NCBI RefSeq assembly: GCF_001194135.2
Contig: NC_069005.1
Coordinates: 2,705,807 to 2,743,112, forward strand
Direction of reading: 5' to 3'
From: Octopus bimaculoides
Lineage: Eukaryota
DNA length: 37,306 nt
Each line of letters opens with the position of its first letter. The stretch's first letter is position 1. The notes beneath the pieces were generated by a model, which saw nothing but the letters and a program-made list of their open reading frames with translations, was not told the origin of the DNA and did no database searches. Of the stretch, positions 12,666-24,024 are shown piece after piece. The position numbers and the translations under genes are program-made.

Positions 12666-12775
12666 AATATGTATATATATGTGTGCGTATATATATATAT
12701 ATGTATCCACGTATATATATATATATGTGTATATTTGCACAGACAATTGTGCATATAGGTATATGCGTGCTCACA
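12390..12775. repeat. (CA)n/(CT)n/(AT)n microsatellites
   Basis: Direct reading. Confidence 0.9.
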
Positions 12776-12834
12776 CATAAATGAACATGACTATAGAAGA
12801 TAAGAATATAAGTAATGTAGATTGGCAAGAAATG

Positions 12835-13020
12835 GACACTTCAGAATTTGACAGAATGTTACCAAAATATAGACTGGGAACAATTTATTCTATTAAATCG
12901 CTGTCATTCATCAAGGATGGATTTAATAGCTCTGCCATTCCTCACCACGAATCTAAGATATTCCTTGTATGTTAGGAGATGGTGATATCTGAATGGAAAA
13001 TATGTTGAATCATCGAAAAC
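12835..13020 (+). repeat. Unassigned dispersed repeat, copy B (homologous to 699-885)
   Basis: See copy A; followed by (GAT)n grading into (AAT)n. Confidence 0.85.
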
Positions 13021-13025
13021 ATTAT

Positions 13026-13089
13026 GTTGATGATGATGATGATGATGATAATAATAATAATAATAATCATAATCATGATAATAATAATA

Positions 13090-13120
<31 letters not shown>
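13026..13120. repeat. (GAT)n to (AAT)n microsatellite
   Basis: Direct reading. Confidence 0.9.
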
Positions 13121-13122
<2 letters not shown>

Positions 13123-13372
13123 ATTCCTATCATAGTAGGTGCCTTAGGTATAATAAAAAAATATTCAGACAAATACATAACAAAAACACCAGGACTTACA
13201 AATATATATAACATACAGAAAATTGCACTACTGGGTACTGCACACATTCTACGCAAAACACTTTCAATACAGTAAACATAAGAGCACCGCGGCAAACCAC
13301 AGCACATACCCAAGGCGCACAGAGCTGCGCTCGGTAGTGAAGTGAAAGTACGTTATAAAAATAAAACTACTG
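13119..13372 (+). mobile_element. R4/Dong-like non-LTR retrotransposon, 5'-truncated 3' end (copy 1)
   Basis: 13120-13275 encodes TIPIIVGALGIIKKYSDKYITKTPGLTNIYNIQKIALLGTAHILRKTLSIQ*, typical of the C-terminal restriction-like endonuclease region of R4-clade ORFs. Has a ~100-nt 3' UTR and (AAT)n on both sides. Confidence 0.85.
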
Positions 13373-13395
13373 AATAATAATAATAATAATAATTT

Positions 13396-14029
13396 NNNNN
13401 NNNNNNNNNNNNNNNNNNNNNNNNNNNNNNNNNNNNNNNNNNNNNNNNNNNNNNNNNNNNNNNNNNNNNNNNNNNNNNNNNNNNNNNNNNNNNNNNNNNN
13501 NNNNNNNNNNNNNNNNNNNNNNNNNNNNNNNNNNNNNNNNNNNNNNNNNNNNNNNNNNNNNNNNNNNNNNNNNNNNNNNNNNNNNNNNNNNNNNNNNNNN
13601 NNNNNNNNNNNNNNNNNNNNNNNNNNNNNNNNNNNNNNNNNNNNNNNNNNNNNNNNNNNNNNNNNNNNNNNNNNNNNNNNNNNNNNNNNNNNNNNNNNNN
13701 NNNNNNNNNNNNNNNNNNNNNNNNNNNNNNNNNNNNNNNNNNNNNNNNNNNNNNNNNNNNNNNNNNNNNNNNNNNNNNNNNNNNNNNNNNNNNNNNNNNN
13801 NNNNNNNNNNNNNNNNNNNNNNNNNNNNNNNNNNNNNNNNNNNNNNNNNNNNNNNNNNNNNNNNNNNNNNNNNNNNNNNNNNNNNNNNNNNNNNNNNNNN
13901 NNNNNNNNNNNNNNNNNNNNNNNNNNNNNNNNNNNNNNNNNNNNNNNNNNNNNNNNNNNNNNNNNNNNNNNNNNNNNNNNNNNNNNNNNNNNNNNNNNNN
14001 NNNNNNNNNNNNNNNNNNNNNNNNNNNNN
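13396..14029. other. Assembly gap between two near-identical Dong-like 3' ends
   Basis: N-run. Confidence 0.95.
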
Positions 14030-14316
14030 AGAGATAACTCGAATGTGGAGTCTAAAAACAGAAACAATTCCTATCATAGTAGGTGCCTTAGGTATAATAA
14101 AAAAATATTCAGACAAATACATAACGAAAACACCAGGACTTACAAATATATATAACATACAGAAAATTGCACTACTGGGTACTGCACACATTCTACGCAA
14201 AACACTTTCAATACAGTAAACATAAGAGCACCGCGGCAAACCACAGCACATACCCAAGGCGCACAGAGCTGCGCTCGGTAGTGAAGTGAAAGTACGTTAT
14301 AAAAATAAAACTACTG
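14030..14316 (+). mobile_element. R4/Dong-like 3' end (copy 2)
   Basis: 14031-14219 encodes EITRMWSLKTETIPIIVGALG...RKTLSIQ*. Identical to copy 1 except one synonymous ACA/ACG change; ~40 nt longer at the 5' end. Confidence 0.85.
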
Positions 14317-14339
14317 AATAATAATAATAATAATAATTT

Positions 14340-15345
14340 CTTCCGATCTACTCTGTTTAACCTATTCTGTTGGTATCCCTTCAGGCTTTCGCCGTGTCTT
14401 ATCCTTTTTACTTTGCAACGAGGCGCTGTTTCAGTTCCTCCATTACCACTTTCAGGCCCTTTCTTGCAGTATCATAAGTTCCTGATCAATGCCGTGTATC
14501 TTTGTTCGCTTTTAAGCTCCCCTTTGTCTTTTCTTTCTCACACAGAAATGTTCTTCGAGAGCTTATCTAAACCCGCCTGTAATTCTTCATTTCCACCATG
14601 GATCTTTTCTTCTGTCACTCCCATTATATTTCTTTTTCTTGATATCAACACCCACATTTTCCGTTTCAACAATATTTGTTGCCTTTATCATATTATTTAT
14701 TGCTGTGATGTTTTTTGTTCAGATGTATTTCAGAATTTCATTCACATTCTTCGTTTCTTGGTTCAATTTCCACCGATCAACAATTTTAAGGTTGCAATTA
14801 ATGTCGCTATCGTTCTCATGTAGCCTTGCCTTTATTCTGCTGTAGACTACATTTGGCATGTCACCATTAGTCTTATTGCCCTCTTCCAGATCACCTCTAT
14901 GTCTCTCACCGAGCAAGCTATTACTGTTCTTTTCCTGTGATTTATTCTCAACTCTGTTTTCTGCTATGAGATTACTTCTATCAGTAAGAATTCCATTTTT
15001 ATTGTTTACTCTGCTGCTGTTTTCCAATACCCGTCTTTTGATAGCTTCGAGCTGTACATCTGTGAACCAACAATTTTGTTTTCTTATTGCTCCAGCTTGA
15101 TCACATAATCTCATTTCCGTGAGTTGAAACAATCTTCTTTCTCTCCATTGATCATACACGCGTTGTCGGTATCCCCGAATATGAACACCATTTTCGTCTA
15201 GAGGGTTGCTCGGGTAGTAACATTCCATGACCACAGCATTGACTTGTTTCTTCCATGTACGATGTGTGCGCTGGTCCTTTGCTGGATAACGACAGGCTGG
15301 AGTCGGGGCAGTATTTGAGCCAGCCGTATGCGACACTGTCACCAT
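14340..15345 (-). pseudogene. Degenerate N-terminal part of an R4/Dong-like ORF
   Basis: WKKQVNAVVMECYY...GYRQRVYDQWRER...TEMRLCDQAGAIRK. After stops and frameshifts it continues DPWWK*RI, GLKVVMEELKQRLVAK and YQQNRL, motifs I recognise from R4/Dong/Rex6 N-termini. Confidence 0.8.
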
Positions 15346-15379
15346 CAACAGCATCAGTTTCCTTACCACCGTTATTAAC

Positions 15380-15418
15380 GATGAAAGGCAAGTTCGACCT
15401 CGGCGGAAATTGAACACA
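15380..15418 (-). mobile_element. SINE family 1 fragment
   Basis: GATGAAAGGCAAGTTCGACCTCGGCGGAAATTGAAC; supplies the false start of ORF 14719..15417. Confidence 0.7.
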
Positions 15419-15521
15419 ATAACTCAACGGTCTCATTACGTACAGCTAGGATACATGGGAAGGCTCTTGGCATATAATGATACTCGTTGTAGCCCGATGT
15501 TAGGAATTGTTTCCCATCACT

Positions 15522-15522
<1 letters not shown>

Positions 15523-15574
<52 letters not shown>
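15523..15574. repeat. (TAA)n microsatellite
   Basis: Direct reading. Confidence 0.95.
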
Positions 15575-15576
<2 letters not shown>

Positions 15577-16403
15577 TTTGTAAAGTGAATACATCAACAC
15601 TTAGGAAATAGGACTAATCCTTTTCTTTGTAATTGTAATTATCATCGTCAAATCTAATTATAACAAATCTTAAGTGAAAATTGAACGATAATTTACTGAA
15701 TTGAATTTTGAAATTCAATTTATGGACGTAGAAAAATCTGAGGAACAATTCCACGCATAATAACAATATTAATATCAAAAACGATAAAATGTATTCGACA
15801 TTTTAATTAACTCTTCACCTCTAACACAATGTATAAGCCTCAACAACATTCTACATTTCCTGGTCGAATACTTGACAAAGCGAGAAAAATAATGTAGCTT
15901 GGCACGTTTCGGATTATGTTCTTCGTCAAAGAACATGATATGGAACAAAATATTTTTGTCTCTCAGTATATTTTGTCTTTATTCCAAAGAGAAGAGACAC
16001 GACATTAATTATGATCTAAACAGATGGTGTAGAGAAGTAATACCGTTGAATACCGTTATGCTAGCTATTTAAACCTTATAAAATAATCGCGATTTGTCCT
16101 TTGTGCAATTCGCCCTGCAGCGATGGTTTGCATATGCGTAATACATAGTGATAGATTCGTAGGATAATATTCTGACAAGAGAAAAGATGAAGAAACACCG
16201 CTTTCCCTGAATTCACTGCGCCAATAAGCCGAGTATTTGCTGAATATAAAAAGGGAGGAGTTGTTTACTTGTAGCGTACACAACAGCGAATAACATGTTT
16301 GCATCTGAATTTGCCGGGACATATCAAGATTGAATTTGCAAAGAATCGCCATTCTAACAAACCGATAATAACGCGCGTTATCACATGTAAAGTAAGCTAC
16401 AGA

Positions 16404-16620
16404 AATAATCCTTTCCATTATAAGCAGAGGACCTGGAATCTGGGGGAGGGGGTAGTCGATTACAACGACCCCAGTGCGCCACTGATACTTATTTTATCGA
16501 TCTCGAAACGGTGACAGGCGGAATCGACCTTGGCAGAATTTGACCTCAGAATGTGCGAACGGACGAAATACCGTTAAGCATTTTTCCCCGGCACGATAAC
16601 ATTTCTGCCAGCTCGCCGCC
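16404..16620 (-). mobile_element. SINE family 1, near full length
   Basis: Ends in TTCTGCCAGCTCGCCGCC (head); contains CGACCCCAGTG, ATTTTATCGA and GACGAAATACCG. Confidence 0.85.
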
Positions 16621-17159
16621 CTTCAAGACACAAAGATAATAATATATTATTGCAAGTACAACCGTGGAAGTCGATCTGTAACGACTGAAGTAGTAAGATT
16701 ATTAGGGGACGTCAAACAGTATGACACGGGCCTCTGTGCATGTCAACATATTAATAGAAATATGCGTCACACGCCTTTAGTAATGAAGATAAATTTGAAG
16801 GTAAGAGTATAAATATTGAAATAAAATGTCCTGAAGTTAATTTTACAGTTGAGTGAATTTAAAACGCATGAGCACACACATGCACGCCAAAACTCTGATA
16901 TGTGTGTGTGTGTGAGTTTGTGTGTATGTATNNNNNNNNNNTACATGTATGTATGTATTTATGTATATATGAATATGTAGCAAATACCTGGTGGACACTC
17001 TTGTTGTAGACGACACATGACGGGCTAGCTGAGGATTGGTTTATTGTAATCAAATATTCATGTTGTGCATTAGGTCTCTCCACCTCCACACATTCCACAT
17101 TTCATGTACAGTTGCATGGTATGCCATAGGGTCAAATGTGGAACTGAAGGCTGACGAAC

Positions 17160-17271
17160 GTGAAATGAAATGTTTTGTTCCAGTACACAACGCATCGTCT
17201 GCTCCTGGAAGCGAAAGCACCATGTTTCAATCGTGAAAGCAACACCTTAAAAACTGGCCACGTAAACTTCA
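17160..17271 (-). mobile_element. SINE family 3 head, degenerate
   Basis: Alignable by eye to 12290-12384 (TGAAAT...ACACAACGC...TTTCAATCGTGA...CCTTAA...CTTCA). Confidence 0.5.
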
Positions 17272-17965
17272 GGTAAAAATTCCAACAGAAATTGTATGTT
17301 GCAGAGTAAATGTATTATAACCCCAAATGCAAAGATCGATTAAATTCACGAAATACCGATTTTCCTCGGTATCTCTCAATAATCATGCACTCATTATATA
17401 CATAAACGCTCGGGAGGATTCTGTTTCCTGTACATTATGGTATGTACTTACATTAAGTTGATAGCAACGTATGTTATCAGAGGAAATTTCTCAGAGTGAC
17501 GGAAATATTCAATTACAATTTATACAGGCTTCAGTCAATAACGGGTGAATTATGACGATTAGTAGCGGACGCCTACGATAATATAAAATAACCCTCTTTC
17601 ATAGAAATCTAATTAGAGAAACAAATTAAATGCATATCATGAAAATTAAAGACGCAAATTTCAATCTACACGAGTTATTATTGAACTAAAATGTTGTGAA
17701 TAAGCTTTTACAATTGACGTGAAAAAAAGATAATCTCAACACAGTAACGGATTTGGAACGATCTCAAGAGAAATTCAATCACAAACAAGAGATATATTAA
17801 TATCCTCAACGCTAATATATCGATTAAGCTTTCCAAATACCGCTTCAGTTTGTATATCAGCAAGTATATGCACCAATTAGTTTCGGCATCTCGAGATAAT
17901 ATTCTCTTCCTGGTCGTACTACAATATAACTGTAACACCTTGTTCCCCAAATCATGGCTTCTCAA

Positions 17966-18168
17966 TCAGGCACAACATAAGGAAGGACACAAGCATGTAC
18001 ATCGATTACATTGACCCCAGTGCTTAGCTGGTACTTATTTTATCGACTCCCAAAGAATGAAATGCAAAGTGGACCTCGGCGGAATTTGAACTCAGAACGT
18101 TCAAAGACTGACGAAATACCGCTAAGCATATTGCCAAACGTGCTAACCATTCAGACAGCTCCGTACCT
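17966..18168 (-). mobile_element. SINE family 1
   Basis: GACCTCGGCGGAATTTGAACTCAGAACGT...GACGAAATACCGCTAAGCAT. Confidence 0.85.
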
Positions 18169-18179
18169 TAGATGACAAT

Positions 18180-18390
18180 TTAATATTGATTTCAAATTTT
18201 GACACATGGCCAATAATTTCGGGTCAGGGCATCGACCCCAGTGTCCAACATGTGCTTATCTTATCGGCCCCGAAAAGGTACAAGGCAAAGGTCAACCTTG
18301 GCGATATTTGAACAAAGAAAGGAAAGATGGACGAAGTGCGTCTAAACGGTTTTCCCGATGAAGCGATGCGTCTTCCTGCTCTTACCGCCA
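18180..18390 (-). mobile_element. SINE family 1 (degenerate, tandem to the previous copy)
   Basis: ATCGACCCCAGTG...CCCCGAAAAGG...AGGCAAAGGTCAACCTTGGCG...CTTACCGCC. Confidence 0.75.
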
Positions 18391-18414
18391 CAAACTAGTT
18401 TTACATTGACTATT

Positions 18415-18637
18415 ATTTTATTCTTTGATTTGTTATAGTAATTTGACTGCGGCCATGCTGGAGCACCGCCTTTAGTCATACAAATCGACCTCAGGATTTA
18501 TTCTTTGTAAGCCTAGTACATATTCTCTCGTTTCTTTTACGGAACCGCTAGGTTACGGAAACGTGAACACCAATACCTGTGATGTCGGGGGGACAAACAC
18601 ACACACACACATACACATACGCACACGCACGCATACA

Positions 18638-18724
<87 letters not shown>

Positions 18725-18763
18725 ATATATATAGTTCCTTATCACACAGCCACTCCTGCGCTT
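18415..18763 (-). mobile_element. SINE family 2 with internal deletion
   Basis: 3' half at 18415-18600, (CA)n to 18722, then only ~26 nt of head (reverse complement AAGCGCAGGAGTGGCTGTGTGATAAG) at 18738-18763. Confidence 0.8.
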
Positions 18764-19435
18764 ATTGTTAGTTGAAGTATTATCTTTGGTTTTAAAATAA
18801 GTGTTTAATCTAATTAGATAATAAAGTTGGCACTTAGAGAAAGTTGATTTCTATCAGAAATGATAATATATAGATAATAGTAGTAGTACTAGTAGTAGTA
18901 CTGATAGTAGTAGTAATATTAGTAACTTTATGTCTCTTTCTGTTTATAATCTTTATTCACAGGCGATGTTGGGTATCATTGTACAGTAAAATAACTCGTG
19001 GCACCAAAAGTTGAATTTTTTCTCGGCTGGCAATTAAACTGGGCGTATATATTTGTGATTTGCAAGTGAGATACACGCTCCCTCCCTCCCCTCTCTCTCT
19101 CTCTATCTCTCTCTCTCTCTCACACACACACAAACACGCAGACACACTCATGCGCGCACACACATAAGCATACACAAACTCACACGAACACATTCGCACA
19201 CGTACATCCGTATGCAGGTATTTATGTATGTATGCATGTATACATGCATGCATAATAATACTGTATTGAGAAAAAATCGCTCTGACGTTTCGGATAATGG
19301 TATTTTCTCCAGAAATAAAATATAAAGCAAAATAGGATTTCCTGCATAAGTCGTTGATAGTGAATCAACGACGTACGTAATTAACAGAGCAAATATTTGT
19401 TTTCCAGGAGGAAATAATATTTCAGAAAATGATGT

Positions 19436-19625
19436 AAAATTTTGCCACAAAGCCAATAATTGTAAGGTGGGGGTAAATAGTCGATAAAATCGTGCTCATT
19501 GCTGATCTGGTACTAATTTCATGGACTCTGAAAGAATGAAAGTCGAAATCAACCTCGGCGGAATCTGGATTCAGAAGGCAAAACGTACTAAACATTTTGT
19601 CCGACGTCCTAGCAAGTCTGCTAAC
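19436..19625 (-). mobile_element. SINE family 1 (degenerate)
   Basis: TAGTCGAT...CTGGTACT...AACCTCGGCGGAATCTGGATTCAGAA. Confidence 0.7.
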
Positions 19626-20092
19626 AAAGATCTTCCAGATGAGACAAGATAATACATTCGAAATAAACAACCTTCGTTTCTCTTTCCGAACCTAAAAATA
19701 AACCAAGACATATTATATTGCTGAAGCAAATAGGCGAAAGATACATATATTCTTAGATATCTTTTTACATATAAATTATCTTTTAATTTAATTTGACAGC
19801 TTTGTCATATAGCGATGAATATAATAATATATCATTAGACGTCCATAAATAAAATAAACCATAATTAAAATATATAATATATTTTTAAATTATTGGGAAT
19901 TATTGATCTGTATTAAGTGCTTCTATCTAAGACATAAATAAAGTTTGTATTTAATAAAGAATGGATTCATTTTGAATTTTATACTAATCTTAAATTCTTC
20001 TTTTAAAATCTCCACCTAATGTCTGTTATGATACTATATCTGTCATGAAAGTATAAATTATCTTATAAAAGTTTCGAGTATTTGGTTCCCTT

Positions 20093-20250
20093 AGGTGCAA
20101 GTAAGGCTTTGTGGTACGAAACTTGCTTCCCAACCACATGGTTCCGAGTCCAGTCCCACTGCATGGCACCTTGGTCAAGTGCCTTCTACCATAGCCTTGG
20201 GCCGACATTATGAGTGGATTTGGTAGACGGAAACTGAAAGAAGCCCGTCG
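20093..20250 (+). mobile_element. SINE family 2, 5' half
   Basis: CAACCACATGGTTCCGAGTCCAGTCCCACTGCATGGCACCTTGGTCAAGTG...GAAAGAAGCCCGTCG, ending at a microsatellite. Confidence 0.85.
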
Positions 20251-20587
20251 TATATATGTGTGTGTGTTTATTCCGATAAAAGTCCGTAACATCAATGGGA
20301 GTTCTTAATTAGAATTTATTCCTAATCGCTCCCAGAAGAGTGTGAAATTATGGTAATCCTTCAGGAATGGAAGGCAGATTTGTGTAGTGACAGAAACAAA
20401 ATAAATATGATTTCTACACCATTCAACAAGAAGACATCAACGCAAAATTATAGAATAATATTTCGAAATATTGAAAATGGTAAAGTGAATAGATTAGGCC
20501 AAAATAGTAGACATATGTTTAATCTGGAGGGATTATCGAAGTCACTGTTTTTAACTGGACAGTTAGCACATGATACACATACGTACA

Positions 20588-20629
<42 letters not shown>

Positions 20630-20701
20630 CATTATATATATATACATATACATATATGTATATACATACACACACACATTTACATATATATGTAAATACA
20701 T

Positions 20702-20744
<43 letters not shown>

Positions 20745-21164
20745 CGTGCGTGTATGTGTATATACGGTGTATACGAACGATCGAAAATATAAAGGGAGAG
20801 AGCTATCTAAATAGGAAACGTTAAAAGAGATGCGTTAAATATAAAGAAAAGAATGAAACTTTAAAAGTTTAACCACTTTTCAAATGGACAAGAAAGTAAA
20901 TACAAACATAGAGTGATTGATAAAACATAGACAGAATGTCAGAAACATAAAACGCATTTAAGAAACGAAAATACAAAAGAGAAAAACAAAAATCTTTTTT
21001 AGTTTCAGTGAAGAGAAAATGAATAAATAAATTGAAAAAAAATATGAAGACTTTGCAAATGGTGGTAGCAAGATGAAGAAGGAGAAGCGGAAGAAAGGAA
21101 AGAAGGAGAAGACTACAACAACAATAAGAACAACAACACGCAAAATAGTAACTATTGTTTGAAG

Positions 21165-21295
21165 TTTTTGCCACGAGGGCAGTTTGAGGAAGGTGGGGGA
21201 TGAGTAGATTACATCGACACCAATGTATAACTGGTACTTGTTTTTTTTTCGAACCCCGATAGGATGACAGGGAAAGTCGAACTGGGCGCAATTAA
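21165..21295 (-). mobile_element. SINE family 1, 3' part
   Basis: GATTACATCGACACC...CTGGTACTT...CCCCGATAGGATGACAGGGAAAGTCGA. Confidence 0.7.
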
Positions 21296-21432
21296 GCAAA
21301 ATAAGAACAGCAACAACAGCAACAATGATAATAATAAATGCACTTATAAACACGCCTACACAGAAATATATATATACATATATGTGTGTGCGCTTGCGTG
21401 TGTGTATATATCCATAAATATTTACATAATAG

Positions 21433-21471
<39 letters not shown>

Positions 21472-21491
21472 TATATAACTGCGTATACACG

Positions 21492-21529
<38 letters not shown>

Positions 21530-22007
21530 ATTAATGGGTATGGAAAAGAGATCCAAGCAAGTGCTGTTCAAGCATTCTAGATTAACCCAAGTTCTGACTA
21601 AGCGCATCGAATGATTAGGAATACCCTGGCAACATTTCAGCTAAACAATCCCAACGTGTTTCGTCCGATGGGTAAATCCTGAGTTCGCTTCGTTAAATTA
21701 TAGACATTCTACCGAGTCCATATCCACAGCAATCGAAATAAAGATGGCGAATTATACATGCACACCGTTATTATTATTCGTATGGTCATTATACATTATG
21801 TTTGTTTAATTGCATCCTGTTGCATTGGCTGCATTCAGGTTTCACCCTGGTTGAAAAAACATATCCATGCGTTTATATAGACGTGGAACGTACTTATAGG
21901 TTTTTGCCAATGTTTACAACGATAAGCGCGTTCTTTAAACGCGTTTACAAGAACTATTCTTCGAGATAAGGATGAAAAATATATAGTGATGCTTTCCTGC
22001 GTATCTT

Positions 22008-22205
22008 CGAGCTGGCAGAAGCATTGGTATACTGCACAGAGTGCTTGCGGAAATCATTCTTTTTCTCTTTTTTTTTTTTTCGATATGAGTTCAAATTCCG
22101 CTGAGGCCGTTTTTGCTGTGAATCAGTCGACCACTGAAGTCAATGGAATTGATTACCCACTCCCCCCACAAATTTCAAGCGTAGTAGCTGTAGTAAAAAA
22201 GATTA
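22008..22205 (+). mobile_element. SINE family 1 (degenerate, internally deleted)
   Basis: CGAGCTGGCAGAA...TGAGTTCAAATTCCGCTGAGG...CCCCCCACAAATTTC. Confidence 0.7.
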
Positions 22206-22459
22206 GTATTAGTATAAAAACCACATGATTTTGCCATTTACGAAGATGTTAAAAAAGAAGACATTTAAGTAACTGTTCTGGATGCAAGTGACGGTCGAAC
22301 AGACAGAGAATTGAACAGGAGCTAATTAGCGTTACTGTAAAGATAATGACTAGAATTTGGTAAGATGTGTCTTGTGGTTTCTCCTTAATTCTCGCAAAGA
22401 TGTATTTTGTAAAAATGAAGAAAAACTATATATATATATATATATATATNNNNNNNNNN

Positions 22460-22494
<35 letters not shown>

Positions 22495-23323
22495 CACTAA
22501 TTCATAAACGACGGAGGGTATACGACATTTCTACCTTAGAAGACATATTGATTTACCTATGCATGTGCATCCAGAGCAAGTGTAAATTATCGATTGTTTA
22601 TTGACGTAGGCCTTTACGTGAGGGTGTGCGGTGATACGGGATTTTAATCGTGTGCCTATTAAATATTCTGATATACCTATGGCTGCTGTGAAACATATCT
22701 AATAAAAATAAGAATATTTTACAGATATTTGCCTTAACGTATGGAGAGATGGGCGGGATAAACCCTAAATATTACAGGACCTATGCTATTTGTGCTATAC
22801 CACTTGTTGAAAAGCAATGCAAAAACACACACCTACAAAGAATAGCAGGATTCAGTTCACTGATAATCTCAAACAATAGGCACGCTGCGTAAGTGGTGTA
22901 ATTGGATATCCAATAGGTTTTAAGCTCACAGCTGAGGCTGGACTAAGGGATCGATAGCAGACATACCTGTTACTCTGATATATACTTATATTCCCAGTAA
23001 TCCCGTTTAGTTGGCATACAAATCTCTTTATCCCAACGCCATTACAAACACAGAACTTCAAGTAGCAACAACAAGCCGTCAGTAACAGCAACAATAACAA
23101 CAGCGTCAAGAACAGTACCAGGTTCAAGACACAAATATAATAACAGACCAAGAACCATTACAATAGACTAACAAAAATTTTCCCATTGATAGGAGACGCA
23201 GCGTGAGTTCCACACACAAAACCAGTTTTCTGACGTTGTTGTAGTTGTTGGTGTTGATGCCGGGGTTGTCTCTAAAGAATTGCTTTAGCAATTTTGTTGT
23301 TACAGCTATGATTGTCAACTATC

Positions 23324-23640
23324 CTTCTTCTTCTTCTTCTTCTTCTTCTTCTTCTTCTTCTTCTTCTTCTTCTTCTTCTTCTTCTTCTTCTTCTTCTTCT
23401 TCTTCTTCTTCTGCTTCTTCTTTTTCTTCTTCTTCTTCTTCTTCTTCTTCTTCTTCTTGCTTTTCATCATCGTCATCGTCATCATCATCATCATCGTCAT
23501 CGTCATCATCAACATCATCGTCGTCATCACCATCGTCATCATCATCGTCATCATCATCGTCATCATCATAGTCATTATCATCGTCATCATCATCGTCATC
23601 ATCATCATCATCATCATCGTCGTCATCATCATCATCATCA
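23324..23640. repeat. (CTT)n then (CAT/CGT)n trinucleotide tracts
   Basis: Direct reading; source of the poly-S/L/H/K ORFs. Confidence 0.95.
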
Positions 23641-23939
23641 ACTTCTTTATCTCCTTCTTGTTCTTCTTGCCCTCCTCCGCCTCGTCATCCCCTTCCTCCC
23701 TCCTGCTCAATCTGCTCTCCCTTGACTGTTCTCACAACACTTCTCTCTCCTTTACTTCTTTCCATTTCCTCTTCCACCATCCCCCATCCCTATCGTCCCT
23801 CTCTCCACCCCTCTTCATCCCGTCAGCGTTTTGCATTTATTGAAACTCCTTTGTTTCTTTTTCCTGGTGTGCGGTAGCTGTGGCGTAGCACATACACATA
23901 CACACACATACATGCATTCATACCTACATACGCACATAT

Positions 23940-24024
<85 letters not shown>

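Noticed and set aside
14719-15417. 232-aa ORF as an intact host gene
   Set aside because: Its first codons come from a SINE fragment. The rest is an R4/Dong N-terminus that continues past stops and frameshifts.
15420-15505. HDV-like ribozyme at the 5' end of the antisense R4 fragment
   Set aside because: On the - strand GGCTA/TAGCT pairing, a TCCCATGT loop-like segment and TAAT occur in HDV order, but P2, P3 and the catalytic C could not be built. An RNArobo or Infernal search would settle it.
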